63,912 nt of DNA, filler included, from Lenisia limosa (GCA_001655205.1; 15 parts of 15 records of this genome joined end to end with filler, not necessarily neighbours in it), one strand, 5' to 3'; positions 1-12,487 are shown, numbered from the whole stretch's first letter. A program made the numbers and translations. The notes: generated by a model from the letters alone, not told the origin.

Positions 1-685
1 TTACCCCAGTTGTCATATCGCCTCCCTGCATTTTGTGAATTGCACTGGCAGAAAATGCGGGGAGTGTTCCCCCCGAATGGCAGCCTACAAACATGCGCTG
101 AAATGGTGAACTGGGAACTGACAATATGATTCAACTGAAATGTGAAATTGTGATTGAATTGGGAAAAGAATGCCAAAAAGTGAGACCTTTTCGACAAGCG
201 CTGAAGCGGAGCTATGATTATATTAGATCTAGGTTGAGAATATGAATACCTTCATGTAGCTATCGAAAAACAGATGTCTGTATTGACATATGATACTGTG
301 AGCTTGGAACAGACTCCGCTGAAATGAAGAAAGAATGTTGATCATGGTGCAGCTTATTATAAAAGTCCGTGGTTATTATCAAAGTCCGTGGTTATTATAA
401 AAAACAACTGCAAAATATAATATGTATTAACTATCACTAACCCCCACTAATTGGTATCACATATTAAACTTTTATCACAATCCCTCCCACCGTGTCCCCC
501 TTTTCCATTGTTAGAGCAGAAGATTGGTGAATCTGAACTGCGTTTCGAAAGAGTGTGGTCTATAGAATTAAAAGTATAAAAAAAAACTTGAAAAAAAAAA
601 ANNNNNNNNNNNNNNNNNNNNNNNNNNNNNNNNNNNNNNNNNNNNNNNNNNNNNNNNNNNNNNNNNNNNNNNNNNNNNNNNNNNN

Positions 686-2420
686 CCTTGAATGACCATG
701 GCGTGGTGTACCCACTCGTCTTCTAAAAAGGTGAACAGAGAAAAATGTGCGTTAAGAGAAACGTAGGGCTTTTGAAGTTTTAGATTGGGTGGTTTGTCTT
801 GATTATGAATATATTTACTGATAAGTCTATTGAATGTATGAAAAGGCACACATCACGTAATAATACCAGTGTATTATATATCATATGATATATCCTATGA
901 ATACGTATAAACGGTGAAGAACCTCCAAAATATACACAAGTATACCTCAGCCTCCCATTTGATCACAACTATACCCGTTGCAATAAATAATATGAGGAAA
1001 TTAATTGACAACAACTGAAATGAAAGAAGCTGAAATCCCGAAACCCACGAAGACACGCAGAGCCGGATGGATATGCCTGGTTGTTGATGTAAAATTGCTC
1101 CACATTTCCAATCTAAGTCGTCAACGTGTAGTATGTATGCGTATGCCTCTTGTATAGTATTTACATATGACTCTTTCGTATATAATTTACGTGCAGCATG
1201 TACCATGTATGCCCCTTTAGTACATATTTACGTGCAGCCATAACACTTAGTATATAATATGTATACTATACAGTAAATTCAATAATATCGATATAAGAAT
1301 ACGAAAGTATACTGTACAGTGACAAAGATAAGTTTTGACCGGTTTGCTCAGAGATTTCCCCTGGAAAATCGGTCAAGACTTACCCCAGTCACTGTATGTA
1401 ATTATGTAAATTGACTGTGATAAACCTTGCTCTGAGGGATAATAGTACAATATCGGTCAAGACTCACCATGGTTTGTGTATGTAGAAATGATAATAAAAT
1501 AAGAGAGTGTCTANNNNNNNNNNNNNNNNNNNNNNNNNNNNNNNNNNNNNNNNNNNNNNNNNNNNNNNNNNNNNNNNNNNNNNNNNNNNNNNNNNNNNNN
1601 NNNNNNNNNNNNNNNNNNNNNNNNNNNNNNNNNNNNNNNNNNNNNNNNNNNNNNNNNNNNNNNNNNNNNNNNNNNNNNNNNNNNNNNNNNNNNNNNNNNN
1701 NNNNNNNNNNNGTTGAGAAGTAGTGGGGTGTGTCATAGCCCGTTGAGGAGTCCGAATAGAACCAGGTCTGGGAGGGTAAAAGATGGAGGGAAGGAGCAAG
1801 GATGAAGTTAATAATACCATAATGTGACTAAAAACTATTTTTTTTACACTGTAATTAGTTTTCCGACTATCTCAAGACAGCTGTAATACACATAGGTATG
1901 ACTTTATATTAACAGCAACCCCCCCCCCCCCNNNNNNNNNNNNNNNNNNNNNNNNNNNNNNNNNNNNNNNNNNNNNNNNNNNNNNNNNNNNNNNNNNNNN
2001 NNNNNNNNNNNNNNNNNNNNNNNNNNNNNNNNNNNNNNNNNNNNNNNNNNNNNNNNNNNGAGGAGTCTTTCATCCACGCGTAGTTTTTCACTGGACTCTT
2101 GACCAGAAATGTTGGACCGCAGAATTCGCCTATACAGGCCTACATAATAAGAACAACAGAACGTCACTTCCCTTTCGGTCTCAATTAGACTGTATTCTCT
2201 TGAATAATATCGATATTAACAATATTATGGAACTGAGAGTGACCTAGAATTCTGGTCTGGTCCTATTCTGCAACGATTTGACCACAAACCTGGACATTGT
2301 AGGCAAGGCTTGTGGTCGGCTTGAACTCCAGAGTGTTGTTGGTCACTCCCTCCAGGGAAACAGTGATGGTTTCTCCGAATTCCGACGGGGTGGCCTGGGC
2401 AATCAGACAAATTGAGGGTT
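686..2420 (-). CDS. Fragmentary multi-exon gene, possibly extracellular (weak LamG/pentraxin-like motif)
   Basis: AG/GT-bounded open segments give AQATPSEFGETITVSLEGVTNNTLEFKPTTSLAYNVQ, ACIGEFCGPTFLVKSPVKNYAWMKDS, TWFYSDSSTGYDTPHYFS and DEWVHHAMVIQ. The last loosely resembles the LamG W-H-H-V strand. Interrupted by gaps. Confidence 0.3.
1317..1394. mobile_element. MITE family A (Tc1/mariner-type), 78 bp
   Basis: TA|CAGTGAC...GTCACTG|TA. The TIRs start with CAGTG and the flanks are TA. Same length and structure as 8198-8275 and 61968-62045. Confidence 0.8.
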
Positions 2421-2614
2421 TATTGTTCATTTCTAGTTGTTACATTGTCTGGTTATCAAAAACAATGTTTGAGACTCAGAAGATGAATTTAGCTCTACAT
2501 TTAGGGATACAAATAAACAAATACTAGGGATACTCCCGAAGTACGCTTAGCAAACAGCCCCCATCCTTTCCATGAAGAAATCTATATAATTACCCTCATA
2601 CAATACCTAAGGCT

Positions 2615-2712
2615 TCCCCACGGTCCCAAAAAAAGACTGAATTTCTCAATAAATCCTCATAAATATCGATATTATATTTTAACGGTCTTTTTCCGACCGT
2701 TGGGAAGCCCTA
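2615..2712. mobile_element. MITE family B (hAT-type), diverged copy
   Basis: Carries the family core aaaaagactgaatttctcaataaatcctc...atatcgatatt and ends gaagcccta. Confidence 0.65.
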
Positions 2713-2764
2713 ACAATACCAAACACACTCCCTCCTAATAAATAACACCACTAATCCTTGTAGG

Positions 2765-3072
2765 TATGCTGAGGAGGCACGCAGAAAGCTGTGTACAGAG
2801 AGTTGTAATGCAAAAGGTNNNNNNNNNNNNNNNNNNNNNNNNNNNNNNNNNNNNNNNNNNNNNNNNNNNNNNNNNNNNNNNNNNNNNNNNNNNNNNNNNN
2901 NNNNGGAAGTGGAGTGTTTTTTAGCAATGAGAAATAAAAAATAAAGTTGTATCTGGCCAAAGCCGTCCACACCATCACGCTTAAAAGAGATATTGGATAA
3001 GAGCTTGATGTTGATTCACCCAATCATTTGCCTTACAACTCTGTGCACCCAGCTTTCTACGTGCAAGCATAC
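2765..3072. mobile_element. Candidate MITE with ~50-bp inverted ends (family G) enclosing a family D repeat
   Basis: gtatgctgaggaggcacgcagaaagctgtgtacagagagttgtaatgcaaa (2765-2815) is the reverse complement of the segment at ~3028-3070. A third copy of the arm is at ~34920-34980. The interior contains an N gap. Confidence 0.55.
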
Positions 3073-4167
3073 CCCCCACCCCACTAAGATGTAACTGTCC
3101 GAAGTTCTTTGTAGTTTAGTGATATTGAGAAACGGGACTCGATTCGATGACCAGCTGGGAAGGGGTGGTAAAATTGGAAAATTTAGAACAAAAAAAAAAC
3201 CCGGGATCATTTGAAAGATCAAACAAAAACAGTGGGGGGGGGGGCGGACGGGTGNNNNNNNNNNNNNNNNNNNNNNNNNNNNNNNNNNNNNNNNNNNNNN
3301 NNNNNNNNNNNNNNNNNNNNNNNNNNNNNNNNNNNNNNNNNNNNNNNNNNNNNNNCCAGGAAATACCAGTAAAATATCGATAGTTATCGAGGATTTATCG
3401 AGAAAAGAGGTCTTTTAGGCATCATCAGGAAGCCAAGATAAAAAGTCTGTAATCCTTGACAAAACAAAGAACAGAGAAAACAAGATAAGCCGTCCAAATC
3501 ATCAAACTCGAATTCCGATAATTAAATTGGGATTGGTTGGTGTATCCATCAGTAAGGAATGGAAAGCTTCATATACTTAACTATATGAGCAGATAAATTT
3601 TGAAAATCTGGCTACATATGATAGCTATATGTATACTATATGAATGAAGTATACCCCGCCTGCCCTATGAAACCCTCCCACCCAATAGAAAACTTGGACA
3701 ACTCGTTCTGCTTCTGTAGGTCCAAAATAACGGACGAGGTAACATCTCCATTTGGGTCTATCATCATTTGACCCGAAACAGAGATCCTAAAAGAGGGGAA
3801 ATAATGAGTTCAAATAAGAGACAATCTGACGTATAAAACCCTGTACTTGGAAGAGTGATTATCCACATATCATATTAGGAGTGGAAGAGATTTTATTTTC
3901 TCCACCTCAAGTCCAATATCTGTAAATCTAGATATTATTCTTCTGCTTTGTATCGGTGCGTTCTCTTCAGGCAATGGTTGGTGAATAATATATACATATT
4001 ACAGCCTAATCATTATTAGAAGGTGGAAAGGCTTTGACAGGAAACTGTTATCAAGGCGGACTATTATTTTAAACTATAAAACCTTATGTTGTCCAGCAGA
4101 GAAAAAATTACAATAAGAAAAGGTTTACATCATTCGTGAGGGAAAATTTACTCCATTTCACACTCTT

Positions 4168-4245
4168 TTGTGACCGTATTAGTCTTGACCGCAATGATTG
4201 CACATTCAGAAAAATTAGCCAAGACTTATCCCGCTCAGTGGTATG
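4168..4245. mobile_element. MITE family A, diverged copy
   Basis: gtgaccgtattagtcttgacc ... gccaagacttatcccgctcagtg matches the family A TIRs. Confidence 0.6.
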
Positions 4246-5103
4246 GCTGACAATTTCCCCAGAGATTCGAACACTATGATATCATCCCTTGATCAAGAAA
4301 TCAATTCATTTCAATAATCAATGATATCCCTTGATTCAATAACCAATGATATCCCTTGAACAATCCCCNNNNNNNNNNNNNNNNNNNNNNNNNNNNNNNN
4401 NNNNNNNNNNNNNNNNNNNNNNNNNNNNNNNNNNNNNNNNNNNNNNNNNNNNNNNNNNNNNNNNNNNNNNNNNNNNNNNNNNNNNNNNNNNNNNNNNNNN
4501 NNNNNNNNNNNNNNNNGTGAGCTTCATTTTCACTGTGTTTGGTTTGAAGATTTGATAAGCTCAGATTGTTGAGTCAGTGCTATGCTATCGATCTCTCACG
4601 GAATGTTGGAATGTTGGGACACTGGATTGGAATTGGGGGAGCGATCGAAATGATCGCTGAATTCTACCTCCTAACTCCCCACTTCTTGCTGCTCTTGCCA
4701 CTCCTCCTTGTCCTTCATCACTTCCTTCAGTTCTTGTTTTGTTTGTTCAACAACAAAAATAATATCTCTGCACTGCCGTTGCGAAAACCACCCTTTTCTG
4801 TCAGCAATCTGTCAAATCCAATCAGGTGAGTTGTTCTCAATCTCTTGAGTTTACCTCTCTCAATATTTAAAATCGCTCAATAAGTTTAAGCGCATCAACT
4901 ATGCACACAGGTAGGATGGGGTGATTTTTCACTCGGTATTTTGCTCCTCCTTTCCTCTTTCCTCCTTTCCTCATTTCCTCATACCTGTAGAGAGAATGGA
5001 CACCCTCCTCTGGGCTACCGCCCATAACCACAGCGAATCTGTAAAACTTCGTGAAGGAGGAAACTGACAACATCAATAGAAATAATTTTGAGTAACACGT
5101 TTA

Positions 5104-5195
5104 GGACATAACATCTCCATAATGTTGTTATGGAAAACATTGAATCTGTAAAATACCTGGTAGAAGCAGGCTCAGGTGTTAATGTTCGTGATAAG
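5104..5195 (+). pseudogene. Isolated ankyrin-repeat-like exon, possibly degenerate
   Basis: HLHNVVMENIESVKYLVEAGSGVNVRDK is followed by a GT donor. An in-frame TAA lies immediately upstream of HLH. Confidence 0.35.
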
Positions 5196-6526
5196 GTGTG
5201 GGGTGTGATGGGAGGGGGGGTGTAATTGAAAATTTCTTGGCTGTTATCACCTCTCAGTCAAAAGTAGCTTGCATCTAAACTTATAGGATAAATGTACACC
5301 CCTCCATGTGGCTGCTGATGACGATACCGAAACTTTAAAATACCTGATAAAAGGTTAATGCTGGTGATAAGATAAGATAACCAATACCAGAAATTTATTT
5401 GATTCCCCACTAGTACGATACATTTCCCTTCCTCTAAAACCATGGACTGGAAGAGGGTGAAAATCGGAATCCCGAGCCATTTTTGGTACCATAGGTTATC
5501 TGTAAAAGACAGATTTTCTTGAATCTACGACACCTATTGATTTATTGGTCTTTTTCAGTCCATAGAAAATCTCTAATCATAAACCTCACAGTAATCCAGG
5601 ATTCAGGATAGCACCAAGAAGGGGTAAGGGGTATTCCATTCATCGATACCCATCCTCACAAAACTTGACAAATATACCATATCCTATGACCAAGCCGAAC
5701 AAAATAAAAAATAAACAAACAAAAAACTAAAAGAGGCCTAAAGAAATTGACATCCAATCTGATATAACTATTGTAACTAATGAAGAGCGTTGACGGCTGA
5801 ACTCAAAATGGATATCACACTATCCGAAGCCGACTAATTGTAAATGAAAGATACCAAAAAAGGAAATTTCCCCCAAAAAAAAACAAAGGTGTCACATACT
5901 ACCTCATGTCATATATGTTCTAAATTAAGGTTGATGATGAATTCAAACGAAAAAAAGACCCAAAGCCAAAAAAGATTCAAAATCCCCCAATCACAAAAAC
6001 CCTGTTGATACGAAAACAAAGACCTCACCTCTATTGCAAGGTGCATTAAATTGCTACCATCAGGAAGGGGGTCCAGAATGGAGGCTTTTGAGTCTTTGGC
6101 CTAGGAGTGTGACAAGAATTACTTTGGTTTTTTTAAAATTAATTAATTTTTATCGTTTTACAATTTAAACAGGAAATAGTCCTAAAAAAGCGGTAAAATA
6201 TCGAAATATCAAGAAATTATTTTTTATGGGACCATAGGAAAGACCCATATAAGGAAACTGTTCCAACACCAACCAGGGACAACATCCAGGAAACAAGATC
6301 GTCGTTGGCTGAAACTGTCGAAAGATGAAGGCCTGTCCACCCCTGGGGGTATACTATCGGCAGCAGGGTCTACTTTGTGACGCGAGACAGAAAAAGGGAT
6401 AAGGAATGAAAAAAGAGAAGGAAAGGGAAGGGAAGAAAAAAAGAGAAGGAAAAGAGAAAAGAGATCAGATGATGGGGGGAGGTACGCGGAAGCAACAAGA
6501 AAAAACAATTCACCACAACCTTGATT

Positions 6527-6613
6527 TAGGTCTTCACTTTGGTTCGAAAAAAGACTAAATTCCTCGATAAATCATCGGGAACTATCGATATTTTACCGGT
6601 CTCTTCCGAACCG
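6527..6613. mobile_element. MITE family B copy (truncated by scaffold end)
   Basis: ttaggtcttcactttggttcgaaaaaagactaaattcctcgataaatc...ccgaaccg. Confidence 0.75.
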
Positions 6614-7129
6614 NNNNNNNNNNNNNNNNNNNNNNNNNNNNNNNNNNNNNNNNNNNNTTAATTAATTAANNNNNNNNNNNNNNNNNNNNNNNNNNNNNNN
6701 NNNNNNNNNNNNNGCACTGCTTTATCAGTCCTACGGTTCCCCTTTTTTTGAACGAGAGAAATAATATACCTTAGAAATCTAGGGAAACAAATAAATACGT
6801 AGGATACCATCAACAAATTACCATGTTCCCCGTCACCTAATAACAGATATATTATATAACGATATGTCATATATAGTATGTCTTATATGTGATATATTTT
6901 AGATCATATATACTATATAGATATGTATGTATTATGTATGTATGTATGTATACTCCCGTCACCTCTCAGCTGTGCGCTGCTTTATCAGCCCTCCGGTTCC
7001 TGAGGGCTTAGAGGTGGAAATGTCGTCCCTCCGAGCCAACTCTGCCGGCACCTCTGTAGATGTCTCTGTCACTGTGGGGGGTAGTGTTGTTGGATGAAAC
7101 AAAATAATTCAATTCAGAATTAATCGTGC

Positions 7130-7222
7130 TAGCTTAACTTTGGTTCGAAAAAAGACTAAATTTCTCGATAAATCCTCAAAAACTATCGATATTTTGCCGG
7201 TATTTTTTGGAAGTGAAGCCCT
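7130..7222. mobile_element. MITE family B copy
   Basis: tagcttaactttggttcgaaaaaagactaaatttctcgataaatcc...gaagtgaagccc. Confidence 0.75.
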
Positions 7223-7533
7223 CGGTGTGAATATGTAATCAAGGGGGATTTTTCTTGGGTGGGCAAGACAACTTGGAAGAACCTTGTCGCCGGACGAACC
7301 TTCAGGCTTTTGGCAGCCCTCGATCCTGTGGGATTTTCTTTGAGGTGACAGAATAGAGATTAGATNNNNNNNNNNNNNNNNNNNNNNNNNNNNNNNNNNN
7401 NNNNNNNNNNNNNNNNNNNNNNNNNNNNNNNNNNNNNTTGAAAATTGATAAAAGTGGTATTTTTATGAACAAAATCAAAAAAGATTAATTTTGGCAAATA
7501 AAACTCTTTATCCCATGTAAATTAACCGTTCAG

Positions 7534-7630
7534 GGTGCTTGTTCAGCTGGTTACGAAGCGTCTTACTCGTCCAAGAGAATTTCCTGCTCTTTTGCGGGGG
7601 GCTGGACTGATGCGCCTGCATGTGTCCAAG
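7534..7630 (+). CDS. Exon encoding a Sushi/CCP-like module (part of an unresolved multi-exon gene, ~6970-7630)
   Basis: cag|GACSAGYEASYSSKRISCSFAGGWTDAPACVQ|gtgag matches the Sushi consensus C-x-x-GY...I-x-C...G-x-W...P-x-C. Confidence 0.55.
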
Positions 7631-8197
7631 GTGAGGAGGGTGTCTTTTGTGACATGTTAACCCATATCCGCATGACCGACTTTCGAGTTGATATGTTAAC
7701 CCATATGACTGATTTTCAAGTTGAAATGATGAACGAAGATAGCACGAGTGTTTATCCCGAGTGTATCAGAGTATCATTGAGACTTACGGTCAATTATAAT
7801 ACGGTGGAAATGAGGTATCATATCCTGCGTGGAAAATGATAGTTTACACTTGTGAAAATGATCCAAATAGTGATATGATAGCTCGAAGGCACTTGGGTGA
7901 GTATTGACCGACAAGTCTCAGTGACACCTGATACACTAACGTGTCCAATACCTTTCCCCTCACCCTTCCAGTCACGTGCCCAACATCCACTATTCCTTCG
8001 TTTGTTACAAGTAACTGTACTGGTAGGAGGGGAAGCTGTGTGCAAGCTGGATTCTTTTGGTGCATTTTTTTTTTGGGGGGGGGACAATTATATACTGCTA
8101 AATAAGACGCTTCCCTGACATTTGGTCCTTATGTTTCCCTTGTCTAGTATTCAATATATAAAAACAACAACCTAACAAGTCCGAAAATGATCACATA

Positions 8198-8275
8198 CAG
8201 TGACCGGGATAAGTCTTGACCTATTTTCTTTATGAAATCACATAGCAAATCGGCCAAGACTTATCCCGGTCACTG
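8198..8275. mobile_element. MITE family A (Tc1/mariner-type), best copy, 78 bp
   Basis: TA|CAGTGACCGGGATAAGTCTTGACC...GGCCAAGACTTATCCCGGTCACTG|TA. The ~24-bp TIR is near-perfect and the TSD is TA. Confidence 0.88.
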
Positions 8276-8553
8276 TACATATCGCCTTCAACATCCCCTC
8301 TGCCAGTAACATGTCGGGTACAAGCATTTCACATTCAACACCCCGAGGTTCATAATCCCTGGAGTTTAAGGGCGAAATGCATATATTGGGCAGACCGAAA
8401 GTAACATAGAACCTAACAATAACCCCCCATTGGAGTGATGGGATGCAGTGCTGNNNNNNNNNNNNNNNNNNNNNNNNNNNNNNNNNNNNNNNNNNNNTTA
8501 ATTAATTAANNNNNNNNNNNNNNNNNNNNNNNNNNNNNNNNNNNNNNNNNNNN

Positions 8554-11511
8554 ATCATATGGTTTGACAACCACATACGCCCCTCACCTTGACAGCCTCA
8601 GCGTTGCTTTCCATGCAAATAGTTTGGAGTTCGTCCAACTGTCCAACCGCCTGAGGTATTAAATATGCACAGGCTAAGAATGCGCCCCATGATTCTTAAT
8701 TTGGCTGTATTTAAAATGTTTTTTCTTCAAACAATACTTAAATACCCCCCCCCCCCGGACACACCTTNNNNNNNNNNNNNNNNNNNNNNNNNNNNNNNNN
8801 NNNNNNNNNNNNNNNNNNNNNNNNNNNNNNNNNNNNNNNNNNNNNNNNNNNNNNNNNNNNNNNNNNNNNNNNNAACTTGACCAGTTTGTTGCCGTCCTTA
8901 ATCTTGGCCTGCTTGGTCTGCTGTGTGAGGGGGATAGTTTTTGATAAATTCAAATGCTGTTACTAGCCAGAGGAACCCTGAAACAGGTACACCAATGTAG
9001 CACAGAAATACAGCAAATCGAAGTCAACCAAACCGATCTCGTGTTTACCTGGTATGTCTGAACTGCAGAAGTGTACTTCTTCTTCAACTTTTCCACTTCA
9101 GCAAGCTGTTGTGTGAGCTTTTAATGTGCGTATCGTATCATTGTCATATCATATTCACAGTAGTGCAATGCCATATTATCGTTGAATGCAATCTATTATA
9201 TTCTATATTGAAATCACCATAAAACAAGTCCCTCCACCTTGGCAACAATAAGACGGTTATCTTGCTTGCGGGTTTTGATAGCTTGGTTCATATGCTGGTA
9301 AATTAGAGACGAAATGAAAACTGGCGGCAGAGTAAATAATACGTTTAGCGGTTTGAAGTCCAGGGATTTCCTTCCAAACCTCTCTGGCCTTGTTCTTCCA
9401 GTCCACACTGAACTTCTGGAGGGCCATAACCTTGTCGCGGATCTAAGACATAACACAGGAAAACGTCATCATCCCATTGTCTCTGCGCTTGAAGAAGGCT
9501 TCAATGTACTAATAAAAAAAAGCGATATGTATGTACATGTGCATGTATGTAATATGTAGATTCTTTGAACCTCAAGATCCCCCCCCCCNNNNNNNNNNNN
9601 NNNNNNNNNNNNNNNNNNNNNNNNNNNNNNNNNNNNNNNNNNNNNNNNNNNNNNNNNGATGGCCAGTACGGCAAGGAGCGAGTTACGAAGTCCCCTGCAT
9701 TGTGACTTTTGTTTATTCCAGTTCAACCCAAATGTATTTATAGCATGGTACTATTGGCATTAGATACACTCTTCGAATTATCAATAGTACTCCAGCCAAC
9801 CCATTGACGTCATCATTGCGGTCCAGTGGTGACATAGGGGGGCGCTTGGCCAGCTTTGCCATACGGGACGAATACTCCAACTCTGCCGAGACCCGCTCTT
9901 GAAGGGCCTTGATCAAGGCTGGAGGGGGGGGGGGTGAAGGCTTACTGGGCATTTTGGGAATTGTGTTTGGTATATTTGACAGGTCAAGAAAGGAATCGAT
10001 AATTTTTTGATTAACTACAATGATATCATTTTGAGGATTGGAACTAGCTTGGAAAAGCACGATTTCGTTCAAATTTGCACCATCATATAATTCAGTTTGT
10101 GCCATAATGACCTACTTTCCATTTGGTAGTGACCAGTCATCGCATGCTCAAGAAGGGATTGGAGTCCTTCTTCATCCTAAAACACCATTACCAATCATGG
10201 TTAACTGAATAATGGGGAAGGAAAGAGGATTTCTACATGTCAGTATCATGCAAGTATCAGGGTCAGAGAAGCAGTAAAGTACAAAACCACCTCCATCAAG
10301 CATACCCAGAAAGAGCCAGAGATTTCATTGATGAATACACCTTCAGGAGAACCTTCAAGGACCTCTCCTTCGGGAAGAACTTCATTGGGAAGAGGTTTGA
10401 CGGCTGCAGAAGCGATTGCCTGTGCAACAGCCTGTTCCTTTCTTGCAACACGAGCTAAATAGTCGGGTGACTTCAGATGTTCATCACTTTCTTCACTACC
10501 AAGAACCACTTCCGAAACATCAACTTCTTCTTCACTGGGAGTTTTTGAGCTCTCCTCTTCCTCTTCTTCTTCTTTCGAATCTTCGCTTTCTAATTCAGTA
10601 TCTTCATCGTCGCCTTTCTTGGCTTCATTTGCCTTCTCTTCCTCTTCGATTCTCTTCTTCTCTTCCTCTTCCTGTTTCTTCTCCTCAATAATTCTCTTCT
10701 TCTCTTCCTCAATTCTCTTCTTCTCTTCCTCCTCAATTCTCTTCTTCTCCTCTTCTTCCTCAATTCTCTTCTTTTCTTCCTCTTCAATTCTCTTCTTCTC
10801 TTCCTCTTCAATTCTCTTCTTCTCTTCCTCTTCAATTCTTTTCTTCTCTTCTTCTTCTTGTTTCTTCTTCTCTTCTTCTTCTTGTTTCTTCTTCTCTTCT
10901 TCTTCTTGTTTCTTCTTCTCTTCCTCTTCTCTTCTCTTCTTCTCTTCCTCTTCTTGTTTCTTCTTCTCTTCCTCTTCTTGTTTCTTCTTCTCTTCCTCTT
11001 CAATTCTCTTCTTTTCTTCTTCCTCAATTCTCTTCTTCTCTTCCTCTTCAATTCTCTTCTTCTCTTCCTCTTCAATTCTCTTCTTCTCTTCCTCTTCCAT
11101 TCTCTTCTTCTCTTCCTCTTCTTGTTTCTTCTTCTCTTCCTCTTCAATTCTCTTCTTTTCTTCTTCCTCAATTCTCTTCTCCTCTTCCTCTTCAATTCTC
11201 TTCTTCTCTTCCTCTTCCATTCTCTTCTTTTCTTCCTCTTCTTGTTTCTTCTTCTCTTCCTCTTCAAGTCTCTTCTTCTCTTCTTCCTCCTCCTTATCAT
11301 CAACAACTTCCTTCTCGTCGTCCTTCATCTCAACATCAACAGTTTCTGCCTCAATATCCAGTTCCTCTTCAACTTGCACTTTGTCCTCTTCAACCTGGAC
11401 ATCAGCCTGTTCGGTTTCTTCAACTTCATGGTCGCTGACCTCTTCGGATTTAACTGTTTCCTCAGCAACAGCCTTCTTGTTAGTGTTATTGCGCCTACGA
11501 TTCTTACCCAT
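8554..11511 (-). CDS. F-BAR (FCH)-domain protein with long N-terminal E/K/R repeat region; 3' partial
   Basis: Exon 1 (11511-10306) splices phase-consistently to give ...ISGSFW|DEEGLQSLLEHAMTGHYQME|TLIKALQERVSAELEYSSRMAKLAK...NG|GLRNSLLAVLA. This matches the F-BAR start (FW...G+..L...G...L+ER...E..Y...L.KLA). A later exon reads LAEVEKLKKKYTSAVQTYQ. Confidence 0.65.
10640..11290 (-). repeat. Coding tandem repeat of ~24-nt units (EEEEKKRI / EEEEKKKQ), about 25 copies
   Basis: Visible directly in the 421-aa ORF 10246-11511. Confidence 0.92.
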
Positions 11512-11974
11512 TATTTTCTTACTAATATCTAAGAAAGAATATACAAATAATGAAAAAAAAAAAAAAAAAGTAATATAAATAAAATAANNNNNNNNNNNNN
11601 NNNNNNNNNNNNNNNNNNNNNNNNNNNNNNNNNNNNNNNNNNNNNNNNNNNNNNNNNNNNNNNNNNNNNNNNNNNNNNNNNNNNNNNNNNNNNNNNNNNN
11701 NNNNNNNNNNNNNNNNNNNNNNNNNNNNNNNNNNNNNNNNNNNNNNNNNNNNNNNNNNNNNNNNNNNNNNNNNNNNNNNNNNNNNNTGAAAATTGCATCA
11801 TTGAAAGTTCACTAATAATTCTGAAAGGCAATATTTCGCAACTCAGTCCCCACTGATGCTGTACATAAAGGAAAATAAATAACAGAAGACTTCGACACAA
11901 ATAGCGTTAAATGAAGCATAATTTGCTTGAAACTTAAAAATACAGCCAAAAATCATCCCATATACCAACAGTGC

Positions 11975-12387
11975 TTATCTCGAAATAACACATCCCTCGA
12001 GCGGCTTTGGCCACTTATCAGCCCCGGTACAATGCCGCAGAAGACACGCAATCACGAAATCATGAGTTACCGCAAGGGTCAAATCAACTGGCTTGTCGAG
12101 GGCTGTTAGGAGTTTGCAGCAACTGTTTGAAAGGGGGTGGAAACCGGGTATGGTGGCACCTCGTGCGTATTCCCGCAGTACACTGATATCCCCTTGAGAG
12201 TCAAAAATTAAAATTAAACGCAAAAAGCAGGGATATTTATTAGATGCTAAAATAATGTTAGCCTCACCATCCTTCTCAAAGCGAGACACTAAATAGTCTC
12301 TGTTGTGAACAAACAAGCTGCTGGGACTGAGGCCTTCCTCCACTGTTATGTCGGACTCTTCGGGCCGGACCAGTTCGGCTGTCTCCT
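11975..12387 (-). CDS. Histidine phosphatase (phosphoglycerate mutase-like) superfamily protein, C-terminal part; 5' partial
   Basis: ETAELVRPEE... then, after one intron, ...LTLAVTHDFVIACLL...KWPKPLEGCVISR*. ETA and VTHD match the superfamily motifs. The RHG motif is off the scaffold. Confidence 0.55.
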
Positions 12388-12487
12388 NNNNNNNNNNNNN
12401 NNNNNNNNNNNNNNNNNNNNNNNNNNNNNNNTTAATTAATTAANNNNNNNNNNNNNNNNNNNNNNNNNNNNNNNNNNNNNNNNNNNN

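Noticed and set aside
10590-11578. Long overlapping ORFs 10590-11306(-), 10619-11578(+) and 10858-11532(+)
   Set aside because: These are shadow frames of the 24-nt coding repeat. Their poly-K/R, poly-S/F and poly-L/F translations have no independent support.
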